Source: Isurus oxyrinchus
Lineage: Eukaryota
Length of the DNA: 64,000 nucleotides
Direction of reading: 5' to 3'
Assembly (NCBI GenBank): GCA_026770705.1
Contig: JANJGN010000121.1
Coordinates: forward strand, 1,426,001 to 1,490,000
The position numbers and the translations under genes were made by a program. Below, in pieces: positions 34,225 through 46,504 of the stretch (its first letter is position 1; every line of letters starts with the position of its first letter). A model generated the notes under the pieces. The model saw only the letters and a program-made list of their open reading frames with translations, was not told where the DNA came from and did no database searches.

Positions 34225-36585
34225 CCTCCTTCAGTACTGCCCCTCCGACAGTGCAGCACTCCCTCAGTACTGACCCTCCGACAGTGCAGCACTCCCTCAG
34301 TATTGACCCGCCGACAGTGCAGCACTCCCTCAGTACTGACCCTCCGACAGTGCAGCACTCCCTCAGTACTAACCCTCCGACAGTGCAGCACTCCCTCAGT
34401 ATTGACCCTCCGACAGTGCAGCACTCCCTCAGTACTGACCCTCCCGACAGGGCAGCACTCTCTCATTACTGACCCTCCGACAGTGCAGCACTCCCTCAGT
34501 ACTGACCCTCCGACAGTGCATCACTCCCTCAGTACTGACCCTCCGGACAGTGCAGCAATCCCTCAGTAGTGACCCTCCGACAGTGCAGCACTCCCTCAGT
34601 ACTGACCCTCCCGACAGTGCAGCACTCTCTCATTACTGACCCTCCAACAGTGCAGCACTCCCTCAGTACTGACTCTCCGACAGTGCATCACTACCTCAGT
34701 ACTGACCCTCCGGACAGTGCAGCAATCCCTCTGTACTGATCCTCTGACAGTGCAGCACTCCCTCAGTACTGACCCTCCCGATAGTGCAGCACTCCCTCAG
34801 TACTGACCTTACGACAGTGCAGCACTCCCTCAGTACTGACCCTCCGACAGTGCATCACTCCCTCAGTACTGACCCTCCGGACAGTGCAGCAATCCCTCTG
34901 TACTGATCCTCTGACAGTGCATCACTACCTCAGTACTGACCCTCCGGACAGTGCAGCAATCCCTCTGTACTGATCCTCTGACAGTGCAGCACTCCCTCAG
35001 TACTGACCCTCCCGATAGTGCAGCACTCCCTCAGTACTGACCTTACGACAGTGCAGCACTCCCTCAGTACTGACCCTCCGACAGTGCATCACTCCCTCAG
35101 TACTGACCCTCCGGACAGTGCAGCAATCCCTCTGTACTGATCCTCTGACAGTGCAGCACTCCCTCAGTACTGACCCTCCTGATAGTGCAGCACTCCCTCA
35201 GTATTGACCTTCCGACAGTGCAGCACTCCCTCAGTACTGACCGACAGTGCAGCTCACCCTCAGTACTGTCCCTCCGACAGTGCAGCACTCCCTCAGTACT
35301 GACCCTCCGACAGTGCAGCTCTCCCTCAGTACTGATCCTCCGACAGTGCAGCACTCCCTCAGTACTGACCTTCTGACAGTGCAGCTCTCCCTCAGTACTG
35401 ACCCTCCGACAGTGCAGCACTCCCTCAGTACTGACCCTCCAACAGTGCAGCACTCCTTCAGCACTGACCCTCTGACAGTGCAGCACTCCTTCAGCACTGA
35501 CCCTCCGACAGTGCAGCACTCCCTCAGAACTGACCCTCGACAGTGCAGAGCTCCCTCAGTACTGACCTTCTGACAGTGCAGCACTCCCTCAGTACTGACC
35601 CTCCGACAGTGCAGCACACTCTCATTACTCACCCTCTGACAGTGCAGCACTCCCTCAGTACTGACCTTCTGACAGTGCAGCACTCCCTCAGTACTGACCT
35701 TCTGACAGTACAGCACTTCCTCAGTACTGACCCTCTGATAGTGCAGCACTCCCTCAGTACTGACCCTCTGACAGTGCAGCACTCCCTCAGTACTGACCTT
35801 CTGACAGTGCAGCACTCCCTCAGTACTGACCCTCCGACAGTGCAGCACTCCCTCAGTACTGACCCTCTGACAGTGCAGCACTCCCTCCGTACTGACCTTC
35901 TGACAGTGCAGCACACTCTCATTACTCACCCTCTGACAGTGCAGCACTCCCTCAGTACTGACCTTCTGACAGTGCAGCACTCCCTCAGTACTGACCTTCT
36001 GACAGTACAGCACTTCCTCAGTACTGACCCTCTGATAGTGCAGCACTCCCTCAGTACTGACCTTCTGACAGTGCAGCTCTCCCTCAGTACTGACCCTCCG
36101 ACAGTGCAGCACTCCCTCAGTACTGACCCTCCAACAGTGCAGCACTCCTTCAGCACTGACCCTCCGACAGTGCAGCACTCCCTCAGAACTGACCCTCGAC
36201 AGTGCAGAGCTCCCTCAGTACTGACCTTCTGACAGTGCAGCACTCCCTCAGTACTGACCCTCTGACAGTGCAGCACTCCCTCAGTACTGACCTTCTGACA
36301 GTGCAGCACCCCCTCAGTACTGACCCTCCGAAAGTGCAGCACTCCCTCAGTACTGACCCTCTGACAGTGCAGCACTCCCTCAGTACTGACCCTCTGACAG
36401 TGCAGCACTCCCTCAGTACTGACCCTCTGACAGTGCAGCACTCCCTCAGTACTGACCTTCTGACAGTGCAGCACTCCCTCAGTACTGACCCTCCGACAGT
36501 GCAGCTCTCCCTCAGTACTGACCCTCCGACAGTGCAGCTCTCCCTCAGTACTGACCTTCTGACAGTGCAGCACTCCCTCAGTACG
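34225..36585 (-). repeat. ~2.4-kb 33-bp minisatellite
   Basis: (ACAGTGCAGCACTCCCTCAGTACTGACCCTCCG)n, about 70 copies. Confidence 0.95.
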
Positions 36586-37074
36586 GATCATTTTTCAGCT
36601 AACAGGAACTGAGTAGGGCCTTGAGGGGCCTGGCCAGGTTAAAAATCGCACCATCACAGAAAACGAACGTCATCATCGTGATGCAGGACAACAACAGCTA
36701 GCAAATTTATTTAGACTTCTATTCATGTGATGCTGTGTCTTTTACTGCCAATTAATAAATTGAAACTGCTTAACGAACATTGCAAGGCAATTTTAAATTA
36801 TATCAGAGGATGTCACCTCACTTTGCAACAAGTTGGTTGTTTAAAAAAAATTCTCCTCATCTCCCCCTCTGGCTCTTTTCCCGATTCTCTTCAATCTGAG
36901 TCCCTCTGGTTACCGACCCTCCTGCCACTGGAAACACTTTCTCCTTATTGACTCTACCGAGACCTCTTCACGATTCTGAACGGCTTGATTCAATCTCCTG
37001 TTAGTCCTTACTGCCCAAATAGAATTAACGTCTTGCAGCCCTCAGGGCTTGTGTACCTCAAATTCCTGCATCCC

Positions 37075-38590
37075 ACAATCTCTGTAACCTCCTCCAGCCC
37101 CTACAACCCTTTCTGTAACCTCCTCCAGCCACTACAACCCTTTCTGTAACCTCCTCCAACCACTACAACCCTCATATCTGTAACCTCCACCAGCCCCTAC
37201 AATCCCCCCTATCTCTGTAACCTCCTCCAGCCACTACAACCCTCCCTATCTCTGTAACCTCCTCCAGCCCCTATAACCCTCCCTATCTCTGTAACCTCCT
37301 CCAGCCACTACAACCCTCCCTATCTCTGTAACCTCCTCCAGCCCCTACAATCCTCCCTATCTCTGTAACCTCCTCCAGCCACTACAACCCTCCCTATCTC
37401 TGTAACCTCCTCCAGCCACTACAACCCTCCCTATCTCTGTAACCTCCGCCAGCCACTACAACCCTCCCTATCTCTGTAACCTCCTCCAGCCCCTACAATC
37501 CTCCCTATCTCTGTAACCTCCTCCAGCCCCTACAACCCTCCCTATCTCTGTAACCTCCTCCAGCCCCTACAACCCTCCCTATCTCTGTAACCTCCTCCAG
37601 CCCCTAAAACCCTCCCTATCTCTGTAACCTCCTCCCGCTCCTACAATCCTCTCTGCAACCTCCTCCAGCCCCTACAACCCTCCCTATCTCTGTAATCTCT
37701 TCCAGCCCCTACAACCCTCACTATCTCCGTAACCCCCTCCAAATCCTACAACCCTCCCTATCTCTGAAACCTTCTCCAGCTCTTACATGCCTTCCTACCT
37801 TTGTAACCTCCTCCAGCCCCTAAACCCTTTCCTATCTCCATAAGCTCCTCCAGCTCCTACAACCCTCTCTGCAACCTCCTCCAGCCCCTACAACCCTCCC
37901 TATCTCTGTAACGTCCTCCAGCCCCTGCAACCCTATCTCTGTAAACACCTCCAGCCCCGACACCCCTCACTATCTCTGTAACCTCCTCCAGCGCCTACAA
38001 CCCTCCCTATCTCTGTAACCTCCTCCAGCTCCTACAACCCTCTCTGCAACCTCCTCCAGCCCCTACAACCCTATCTCTGTAACGTCCTCCAGCCCCTGCA
38101 ACCCTCCCTATCTCTGTAACCTCCTCCAGCTCCTACAACCCTCTGCAACCTCCTCCAGCCCCTACAACCCTCCCTATCTCTGTAACGTCCTCCAGCCCCT
38201 GCAACCCTCCCTATCTCTGTAACCTCCTCCAGCCCCTAAAACCCTCCCTATCTCTGTAGCCTCCTCCATCTCCTACAACCCTCCGAGATCTCTGTGCTGC
38301 TCCAATTCCTGCTTCTTGAGCATCGCCTGATTCCCATCGCTCCACCACTGGAGAAGCCTTCAGCTGCCTGGGGCCTAAGCTCTGGAATTCCCTCCCTCAA
38401 TCCCATTGCGCCTCTTTCTCTCTCTCTCTCCTTCTTTAAGACGCCCCTTAAAACCAACCAATCTGACGGGGCTTTGGGTTGCCTGCCCCAATATCTCCCT
38501 ACGTGGCTCGGGATCAAACTGAGTTGGGTAATCACTCCTGCTAAGTGCCTCAGGGCAGTTAACCCTATTAAACGCGCGATATAAGCGCCA
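37075..38590 (+). repeat. 37-bp minisatellite ending in an L2-like LINE 3' tail
   Basis: Same unit as 18058-20650, continuing into ccctccgagatctctg...ctggaattccctccct...aaacc. Confidence 0.9.
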
Positions 38591-38685
38591 GTCGCTATTG
38601 TCGATAACGAAATCCCTTAGTGAGCCGTGGTGAAACACAAATAGGTCTGGATGAGGGGGCGGCTGAAGGAAACATTCGTACCATC

Positions 38686-38691
38686 TTTATT
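38686..38691 (-). terminator. PPP2R1A: Candidate polyadenylation signal of PPP2R1A
   Basis: AATAAA on the minus strand, about 415 bp downstream of the stop codon. Confidence 0.6.
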
Positions 38692-39104
38692 AGGCAACAA
38701 TCTGCAACTTGCTCTGCATCAACCAACAGGGCAGTAAACAAAAAGAGAACCAACCTTTCAAAACACAACGTTGCAACCGGAGAGGTAAAGAACGAGGGAG
38801 TGCGAGCGAGGGAGGGAGAGGAACAAGTAGGACCTAAGGGGTGGGGGGGGTTGGGTGGGGGCGGGGAAAGGAGAACGAGGCAGCGGTTTCGGTGAAGTGG
38901 GAAAAGGCCGTCACCAGGCGGCTGCAGACGTCCAGCTTCGGGCCGAGGGGTCGAGTCGCTCCGGCCGTTCGTTTACTCCTCGGGACGTGCACATCAGCAT
39001 TGGGGGGGGGGGGGGGTGGGAGGAGTCGCTGCCGTTCACGTGGGGCGTTCTGTTGCCCACGGTCGGGACCTGCGACGTCTCACTCAGCATGGCTCCGCTC
39101 TGTC

Positions 39105-39121
39105 TTAATTCAGGCACAGCA
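39105..39121 (-). CDS. PPP2R1A: PP2A scaffold subunit A, final coding exon (VLCLN*)
   Basis: (TC)n-TAG acceptor; phase-1 (G)TG CTG TGC CTG AAT TAA parallels the mammalian C-terminus VLSLA*. Confidence 0.8.
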
Positions 39122-40516
39122 CTAGAGAGAGAGAGAGAGAGAGAGAGAGGGAAGCGGGTGAGGGAAAGGACAGATTAAAGATCGGGAGAGCAGGCATTGC
39201 CCCCCCCGTGGAGGAAACCTGCTCGGCGCAGGGGTACAAAGCATCAAAGGCAGTGGGGCAGGCTATTCAGCCCATCAGGTCCATGCCGGCGTTCATTCCC
39301 CACTCGAACATCGCCCCATTCAACTCTAACAGCCTAGGCCTGGGTTCCTTTCTACCCCGTGTGTTTATCCAGCTTCCCCCTTTAATGTATCTGTTCTCTT
39401 CCATGCACCCACCCACCATGGTCCCTCATGCCAGCCATCACCCCTGCCACCCCATTCAAGTTAAGGCACCTTCCTACCCATTCACCCACCGTGCACTGTG
39501 CATAGAACCAATGCAACCTATAGTGACAGTAGGATGTGTAAAAAAAAAAAAAGGCTTTTATAAAAATCGTTCGTTGATAACATTTCACTTGCTACAAAAA
39601 AACTCATTTTTCCTACAGGACAATAAAAGTGCCAATCATCAAGACCCTTCAAAGTATCAATAGCTGAAACAGCAAGCACTTGAAACCTCTTAACCTTGTG
39701 CAAATAAACATTGCGAAATTGACAACAGGGGTCAGAGATCCAGAGCTGTCACCATCAAACAATGTTTTTCCTGGGGTTTAGGTACGTCAGTGCTCTAATG
39801 GATCTGTGGGCTCCAAACCAAGCCTCATTACGTACCCTTGGCTGAGAGTCGGGCAATCCAATAGAGTTCTTTCTCCCTCCCCACTCTCTGGGTAACAAGG
39901 TTTCTCCTGATTTCCCCATTGGATTTATTAGCGACTATCTGATATTGAGGGCCCTTGGTTCTGGTCTCGTCCTCACAAGTGGAAACATTTTCTATCACAT
40001 CTGCCATACCGAAATCTCTCTATAGGTTTTGACGACCTGGATCAGGTTGTAGCTCTGTACCATTTCGGTGGTAGCTTCTTTCTGTTTACTCAGTCCCCAT
40101 TCTCGGCTTCTCAAGTTCCTGGAACCTAGCTGGCTCCTTCTGAAGGTGATGGGTGGCAAGTTCTGGACAGGGGAGGGAGGGGGGGTGGGGGGGTGGTGCG
40201 GAAGGAGCATCAGTCGTGTGGGAGTTGATCACACTGACTCCCGGCCCATGCCTCAACCCAGCGACCCGGCGCGATACGTTGGTCGAGAGAGCGGGTGATG
40301 TCGGGCGTTTCTAAGCACGAACGCAGGAAGGAAGGGGACTGGGTCTGGGTCACCCCTCGAGTAACGTGCGCACCCACTCCCAGGGAGGGAAAGCGAGAGG
40401 ACATCCGATTGCTTCCCCAACCCTCCCCCCCACCCCCCTCCCCCTCCCGGGACCGCCACTGATACCCCCTGTCACCGTTTCCACCGTCTGGGAAATCTGA
40501 ACCGCTCGCCACTCAC

Positions 40517-40608
40517 CAATTAAAGCTTCCTGGGCAAAGTATTTGACGTCCATGTCTTGGTCCCGGCTCAGTTTGTCGAGTACGGGCTTAATCTCGTTAT
40601 TCAAGGGG
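40517..40608 (-). CDS. PPP2R1A: PP2A scaffold subunit A exon
   Basis: [31 protein letters not shown]; CAG acceptor, GTGAGT donor; 92 bp. Confidence 0.93.
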
Positions 40609-40929
40609 CTGCAGGGAAACAGGAAGCGAGGGAGGAAACAATTAATCAGACTGAAAACAGGGAAACACCCCAGGCTCTCGCTGACACTGTTCGTTGTCAC
40701 AATCTGCACGACCCCGCAAACCGACTGTTCCCTCAGAGGTCACACGGGAGCTGGTGTGTCTAACCCAGCAAACGCCAGCAGGATTCTAATGAAGAGTCCT
40801 GCCGGAGCCGGGACACTAACTCTGATCCCCTCCCCACAGACGCTGCCCGGCCTGCTGAGTCTTTCCAGCGTCTTCTGCGTTTATTTCAGATGTTCCAGCG
40901 TCCGCGGTGTTCTGCCGCCGCTAAACGCG

Positions 40930-41765
40930 GGATTGCGTTTCTGCAGCGCCTTTTCCGCACCTCAGGGCGTTCCAAAGCGTTCCACAGCCAATGAAGATTT
41001 TCGTTTTTGGGAGTGCGGTCACTGTGGTCATGTAGGCCACCCAGCAGTCAATTTGCGCGCCGCAAGATCCCACAAACAGCAATGTAATAATGACCCTATC
41101 ATCTACTTTTTTAGTGATGTTGGTTGAGGGGTAAATATTGGCCCCAGCACACTGCGGAGACCTTCCCCCATTCTTCTTCCAAATAGTGGCTTTCGGATTG
41201 TTTACACCCATCTGAGAGGGCAGATGGGGGCCTCAGTTTAATGTCTCATTTGAAAGGCGGGGTCATCAGCAGTGTAGCGCTCCCTCAGCACTGACCATCC
41301 GACACTGCAGCACTCCCTCAGCACTGACCCTCCGACAGGGCAGCACTCCCTCAGCACTGACCCTCCGACAGTGCGGCACTCCCTCAGCACTGACCCTCCG
41401 ACAGGGCAGCACTCCCTCAGTACTGACCCTCTGACAGTGCAGCACTCCCTCAGCACTGACTCTCCAACAGTGCGGCACTCCCTCAGTACTGACTCTCCAA
41501 CAGTGCAGCACTCCCTCAGCACTGACCCTCCGACAGGGCAGCACTCCCTCAGCAGTGACTCTCCAACAGTGCAGCACTCCCTCAGCACTGACCCTCCGAC
41601 AGGGCAGCACTCCCTCAGCAGTGACTCTCCAACAGTGCAGCACTCCCTCAGCACTGACCCTCCGACAGGGCAGCACTCCCTCAGCACTGACTCTCCAACA
41701 GTGCAGCACTCCCTCAGCACTGACCCTCCGACAGGGCAGCACTCCCTCAGCAGTGACCCTTCGAC
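40930..41765 (-). mobile_element. DeuSINE-like SINE whose internal segment is amplified into the 33-bp minisatellite
   Basis: SINE body (gcagtcaatttgcgcgccgcaagatcccacaaacagcaatg...gggcctcagtttaatgtctcat) runs straight into about 15 copies of the 33-bp unit at 41275-41765. The family name is recalled, not searched. Confidence 0.65.
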
Positions 41766-43214
41766 ATGCAACGTGGGGGTTGGTGCTGTTAAGCATCTCA
41801 GGCTCCTCCCAGCTGAGATGATAGTGACCTTGCTCTGTATTATCAGGGAGCAGAGCTGAGGAAGCTTCATGATGGTGGGGGGGGGGAAATTGGAGCTGGT
41901 GCGAGCTCAGGCATGGGGGGGCAGCAAAGATTGGGACCTGCTGAGGTGGAAGAAGAGCAGAAGACAGGTGGCCGGTGGGGGGGGGGGAGATAGTGGGTGG
42001 GGGGCGGCTGTTTTGGGATTTAAATCCAAGTTATAAATCTGGAATGGAGGGCGAGTCTCAGTGGGGGTGACCGTGACAACCACGGCCGACGGTCGTGAAA
42101 ACCCAGCTGGTTCACACCCACGTCCCCTTTAGGGAGGGGAAGCCTGCCGTCCGTACCCTGGGCCTGGCCGACACGTGGCTCCCGGCCGACAGCAGCGTGG
42201 CTGACTCTTAGCTGCCCCTCTGGATGGGCTGAGCAGGCCATCGCCCAGTCCGAGGGCCAGTCAGGGACGGGGCAACAAGCCCCGGCCTCGCCAGCTGCGC
42301 CCGCATCCCGCGGAGTAACGAAACGAGCGAAAGGAAAAACGCCAGGAGATCGGGGGAGCCGGTGTCAATTTTTCCTGATTGATTTGTTCTGTCAGGGGGA
42401 CGTGGGGCGCCGTCGCCCATCCCCAACTGCCCTCAGACTGGCCACTTCGGAGGGGTCTGAAGTCGCCCGTCGGGCAGATTTCCCTCCCCGGAGGGAGGTC
42501 AGTGGTGACCCAGGCGGGTTTCCATGGCAAGCGGCGGGCAATGGTTTCGGGGGTCTCAATTCCAGACTTACCAGCCGAATTTAAATTCCACCAGCCGCCG
42601 CGGTGGGATTTTAACCCATTTCAGCCTGATTCGCCCGGGTTACTCACCCAGCGACGCTCCCACTACACCACCATCTCCCCCCTCCCATCCCCCCACCGCC
42701 TCCGCCCCCCCCACCCCCCCCACCCCACCCCCCACTACAGCTACCCCTTATTTATCGTTCCTAACATGTCGCCGAGAAACAGCGTGCTTAATGAAGGGGG
42801 AGAGTTGGGGGGGGGGGGGGGGGGGGGTGGTCGCTCAAAAGGAGGAATTCAATAGGAAGGAGCTGTCAATTCATGGCAGCCTCGAGACTCTAAGACCCTC
42901 CTTTTCAACTCGTCCTGTTATCTGAAGCAGTCCCGGGATTGCTTATTGACAACCCCTTCACCAGCCGCTCAACAAAACTCTTGCCGGGTTTCAAGGGGCC
43001 TTTTGGTTTTTTCTTTTTAAAAACCAGAAAGGAAAAATTTGCCCTTGCCTGCCCCCTTGGCCAGATTTGAACGGTTGGAGTTGAGGGAGATCGGTCTCTG
43101 GTCCTGAAATCACTCCGGTTTTCACTTCGGTAAACTGATGTGAAGTCGCCCCTCTTCAACTTGAGGAGGAGCCCAGCAACCGAAGAGGAAGACACCGAGT
43201 CATTGGCTGGTGCG

Positions 43215-43412
43215 TCCTCCATGGCAACGCGTCTGCCAATCAGAGGCCACCTGCCAATCAATCGGCACTCTCTTCTCAGGCGGTGTAAATTGTTCGCTTT
43301 GAGGTTGGGTATTCTCGCGGTTCTGCCCTGATGATGTTCAAGACGAAAAGCTTTGACGGAATGTCCCCTCTCGTCAACAATACTGGAGTCTCGTACCACC
43401 CAAATGACTACT
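43215..43412 (+). mobile_element. Dispersed copy of the CCAAT/TATA/hammerhead cassette (probable Penelope pseudo-LTR)
   Basis: ccaatcaatcggcactctcttctc...TTCTGCC-CTGATGA-TGTTCAAGAC-GAAA-AGCTTT-GACGGAA, homologous to the array cassette. Confidence 0.6.
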
Positions 43413-43877
43413 TGTACGCTAAATGGTAACGTGGATTCGGCTCCGGTGTCCAGGCTTGTGGACGAGCGACTCTTTTTCACGCGGCGCCTGTTTGGGATCT
43501 GGAACGCACTGCCTCAGGGTTGTGGGGGAGGCAGATTCAATGGTGGCTTTCGGAGAGGGAATTGGGTCATTGTACCCAAAATGGAAAAGCGTTGGGGGAG
43601 GGGCTACGGGGGGGAAGAAGTGGAAGGGCGGATTGCTGAGTTGCTCCTTCAGAGGGCCAGCACAGGCACGCGGCCCAAATGGCCTCCGCCTGTTCTGCCA
43701 ACCGTACAATGATTCTATGCCTGTGACTGAACACGTGTAGTCACCAACACAGTAACCGCACTAAAGTGATAACGGAGGGTGGCTTTACCCGGTGAACACG
43801 TTATCGGGGGGTGGGGAGGGGGGGGGAGGAGAAGCGGGAATGTCTGTCCCGGTGCCGGTTAGCAGCAGCCCACTTGC

Positions 43878-44020
43878 CTGTAGTCCAGGACAGGCCCGAT
43901 CCTCTGCAGCGTCTTGGCCACGTTGAAACGCACGTTCGCCACCGGGTCACTCCCCATCCGCAGGACGGTGGGCAGCATGATTTTGGTGGTGATGTCCTTT
44001 CCACACACGTCGTACAGAAC
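43878..44020 (-). CDS. PPP2R1A: PP2A scaffold subunit A exon (GC donor)
   Basis: [47 protein letters not shown]; 143 bp; donor AG|GCAAGT. Confidence 0.92.
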
Positions 44021-44029
44021 CTGGAGGGA

Positions 44030-45900
44030 GGGAGGAGGATGAAGGTGGTGGGGGTGGGGGTGGGAAAGGGGAGGGGAGGGGGGGGGAGGGGTGGTGGTGT
44101 GGCGGGGGGGATGGGAGGGGTGGGAAGGTGTGGGGGAGGGAGAGGGATGGGGTGTGGGGGGAGGGGAGGGGTGGGGTGTGGGGGTGGGGGAGAGGAGGGA
44201 TGGGGAGGGGAGGGGTGGGAAGGTGTGGGGGAGGGGAGGTGTGGGGGAGGGGGTGGGTGGGGTGAGGGTGAGGGTGAGGGTGTGGGGGTGGGTGGGGTGA
44301 GGGTGTGGGGGTGGGGGAGGGGTGAGGGTGTGGGGGGTGAGCGGGAGGGGATGGGTGAGGGTGAGGGGGTGAGTGGGTGGGGGAGGGGTGAGGGTGTGGG
44401 GGTGAGTGGGTGGGGGAGGAGTGAGGGGGTGGGGGCAGGGTGAGGGTGAGGGTGTGGGGGGTGGAGGTGGGTGGGGTGAGGGTGTGGGGGTGGGGATGGG
44501 TGGGGTGAGGGGATGGGGTGTGGGTGGGGGAGGAGTGAGGGTGTGGGGGTGAGTGGGAGGGGATGGGTGAGGGTGAGGGTGAGGGTGAGGGTATGGGGGT
44601 GGGTGGCGGTAGGGTGAGGGTGAGGGTGTGGGGGTGGGGGTGGGTGGGGTGAGGGTGTGGGGGTGGGGATGGGTGGGGTGAGGGGATGGGGTGTGGGTGG
44701 GGGAGGGGTGAGGGTGTGGGGGTGAGTGGGTGGGGGAGGGGTGAGGGTGTGGGGGTGAGTGGGAGGGGATGGGTGAGGGTGAGGGTGAGGGTGAGGGTAT
44801 GGGGGTGGGTGGCGGTAGGGTGAGGGTGAGGGTGTGGGGGTGGGGGTGGGTGGGGTGAGGGTGTGGGGGTGGGGATGGGTGGGGTGAGGGGATGGGGTGT
44901 GGGTGGGGGAGGGGTGAGGGTGTGGGGGTGAGTGGGTGGGGGAGGGGTGAGGGTGTGGGGGTGAGTGGGTGGGGGTGGGGTGAGGGTGAGGGTGTGGGGG
45001 TGGAGGTGGGTGGGGTGAGGGTGTGGGGGTGGGGATGGGTGGGGTGAGGGGATGGGGTGTGGGTGGGGGAGGAGTGAGGGTGTGGGGGTGAGTGGGTGGG
45101 GGAGGGGTGAGGGTGAGTGGGTGGAGGAGGGGTGAGGGTATGGGGGCAGGGTGAGGGTGAGGGTGTGGGGGTGAGTGGGTGGGGGAGGGGTGAGGGTATG
45201 GGGGCAGGGTGAGGGTGTGGGGGTGAGTGGGTGGGGGAGGGGGGAGGGTGTGGGGGTGAGTGGGTGGGGGAGGGGTGAGGGGGGTGGGGTGTGGGTGGGG
45301 GAGGGGTGAGGGTGTGGGGGCAGGGTGAGTGTGAGGGTGTGGGTGGGGGAGGAGTGAGGGTGTGGGGGTGAGTGGGTGGGGGAGGGGTGAGGGTGAGTGG
45401 GTGGAGGAGGGGTGAGGGTATGGGGGCAGGGTGAGGGTGAGGGTGTGGGGGTGAGTGGGGTGGGGGCGGGGTGAGGGTGTGGGGGTGGAGGTGGGTGGGG
45501 TGAGGGTGAGGGTGTGGGGGGTGGGGGAGGGGTGAGGGTATGGGGGGCAGGGTGAGGGTGAGGGTGTGGGGGTGGGTGGGGGTGGGTGGGGGCAGGGTGA
45601 GGGTAAGGGTGTGGGGGTGGGTGGGGGTGGGTGGGGGCGGGGTGAGGGTGTGGGGGTGGAGGTGGGTGGGGTGAGGGTGAGGGTGTGGGGGTGGAGGTGG
45701 GGGGAGGGTATGGAGGCAGGGTGAGGGTGTGGGGGTGAGTGGGTGGGGGAGGGGTGAGGGTGTGGGGGTGAGTGGGTGGGGGAGGGGTGAGGGTGTGGGG
45801 GTGGGTGGGGTGAGGGTGTGGGGGGTGGGTGGGGGCGGGGTGAGGGTGTGGGGGTGAGTGGGTGGGGGAGGGGGGGAAGGGTGGCGTGGGGGTGCGGACA
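44030..45900 (+). repeat. G-rich simple repeat (GGGTGA/GGGGT/GGGTGT runs)
   Basis: About 1.9 kb almost entirely of G-tracts separated by T, TGA or TGT. Confidence 0.95.
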
Positions 45901-46504
45901 GGGGGAGGGAGGAGAATTAGAGCTACACAGGAAAGAGATCCCGCGCTGGTTCGGGACATTGTCGAGCAGCTTCCTCCAGCTGTGACCTCAGAAACACGGC
46001 CCAGCCAGATCCCAGAAACAGCAGCGGATTTCCACTGACACCCCTGTTCCCTCACAATAACCCTCCCTGCTGGGAGGCGAGGGGTCTTTAACCCCGCCAG
46101 CCCTGGGTGGTGGGGGTGCGGCGGAACACAGAATTAATTACCTCTGAAAGACGGCACCTCTGCTCTTAGGAATTGGCGACAAAATAAAAAAAATCCGAGG
46201 GTAAATCTCAAATGGAGGTGAAGGATCCCGCAGCCACGATTTGGAACAAGAACATTGTGCGGAGTTTGGGCGGAGGGGTTTTGCTCAGAATCCTGGGACC
46301 AATATTTATGCCTCAAACTACGTCGCTGTAAAGATCCGGTTCATTGTCAGGTTGCCGTTTCTGGGATCTTGCTGTGCGCAATTCGGCTGCCGCGTTTCCG
46401 ATATGACAACAGTGACCTCGCTTCAAGGCACCGGCAGCATTTTGGGACAACGAGAGGATGTTTACTCTGCATTGCCGGCCTGGATCGCCGGGTCACAGCT
46501 TGAG

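Noticed and set aside
16365-36585. Regularly spaced 24-44-bp repeats as a CRISPR array
   Set aside because: The units are head-to-tail with no unique spacers, the context is a spliced eukaryotic gene, and there are no cas genes.
43947-46055. 702-aa Pro/His/Thr-rich ORF, plus Ser/Leu- or Arg/Glu-rich ORFs at 46347-48056 and 57853-60545
   Set aside because: Low-complexity simple repeats, some spanning N gaps, inside PPP2R1A introns.
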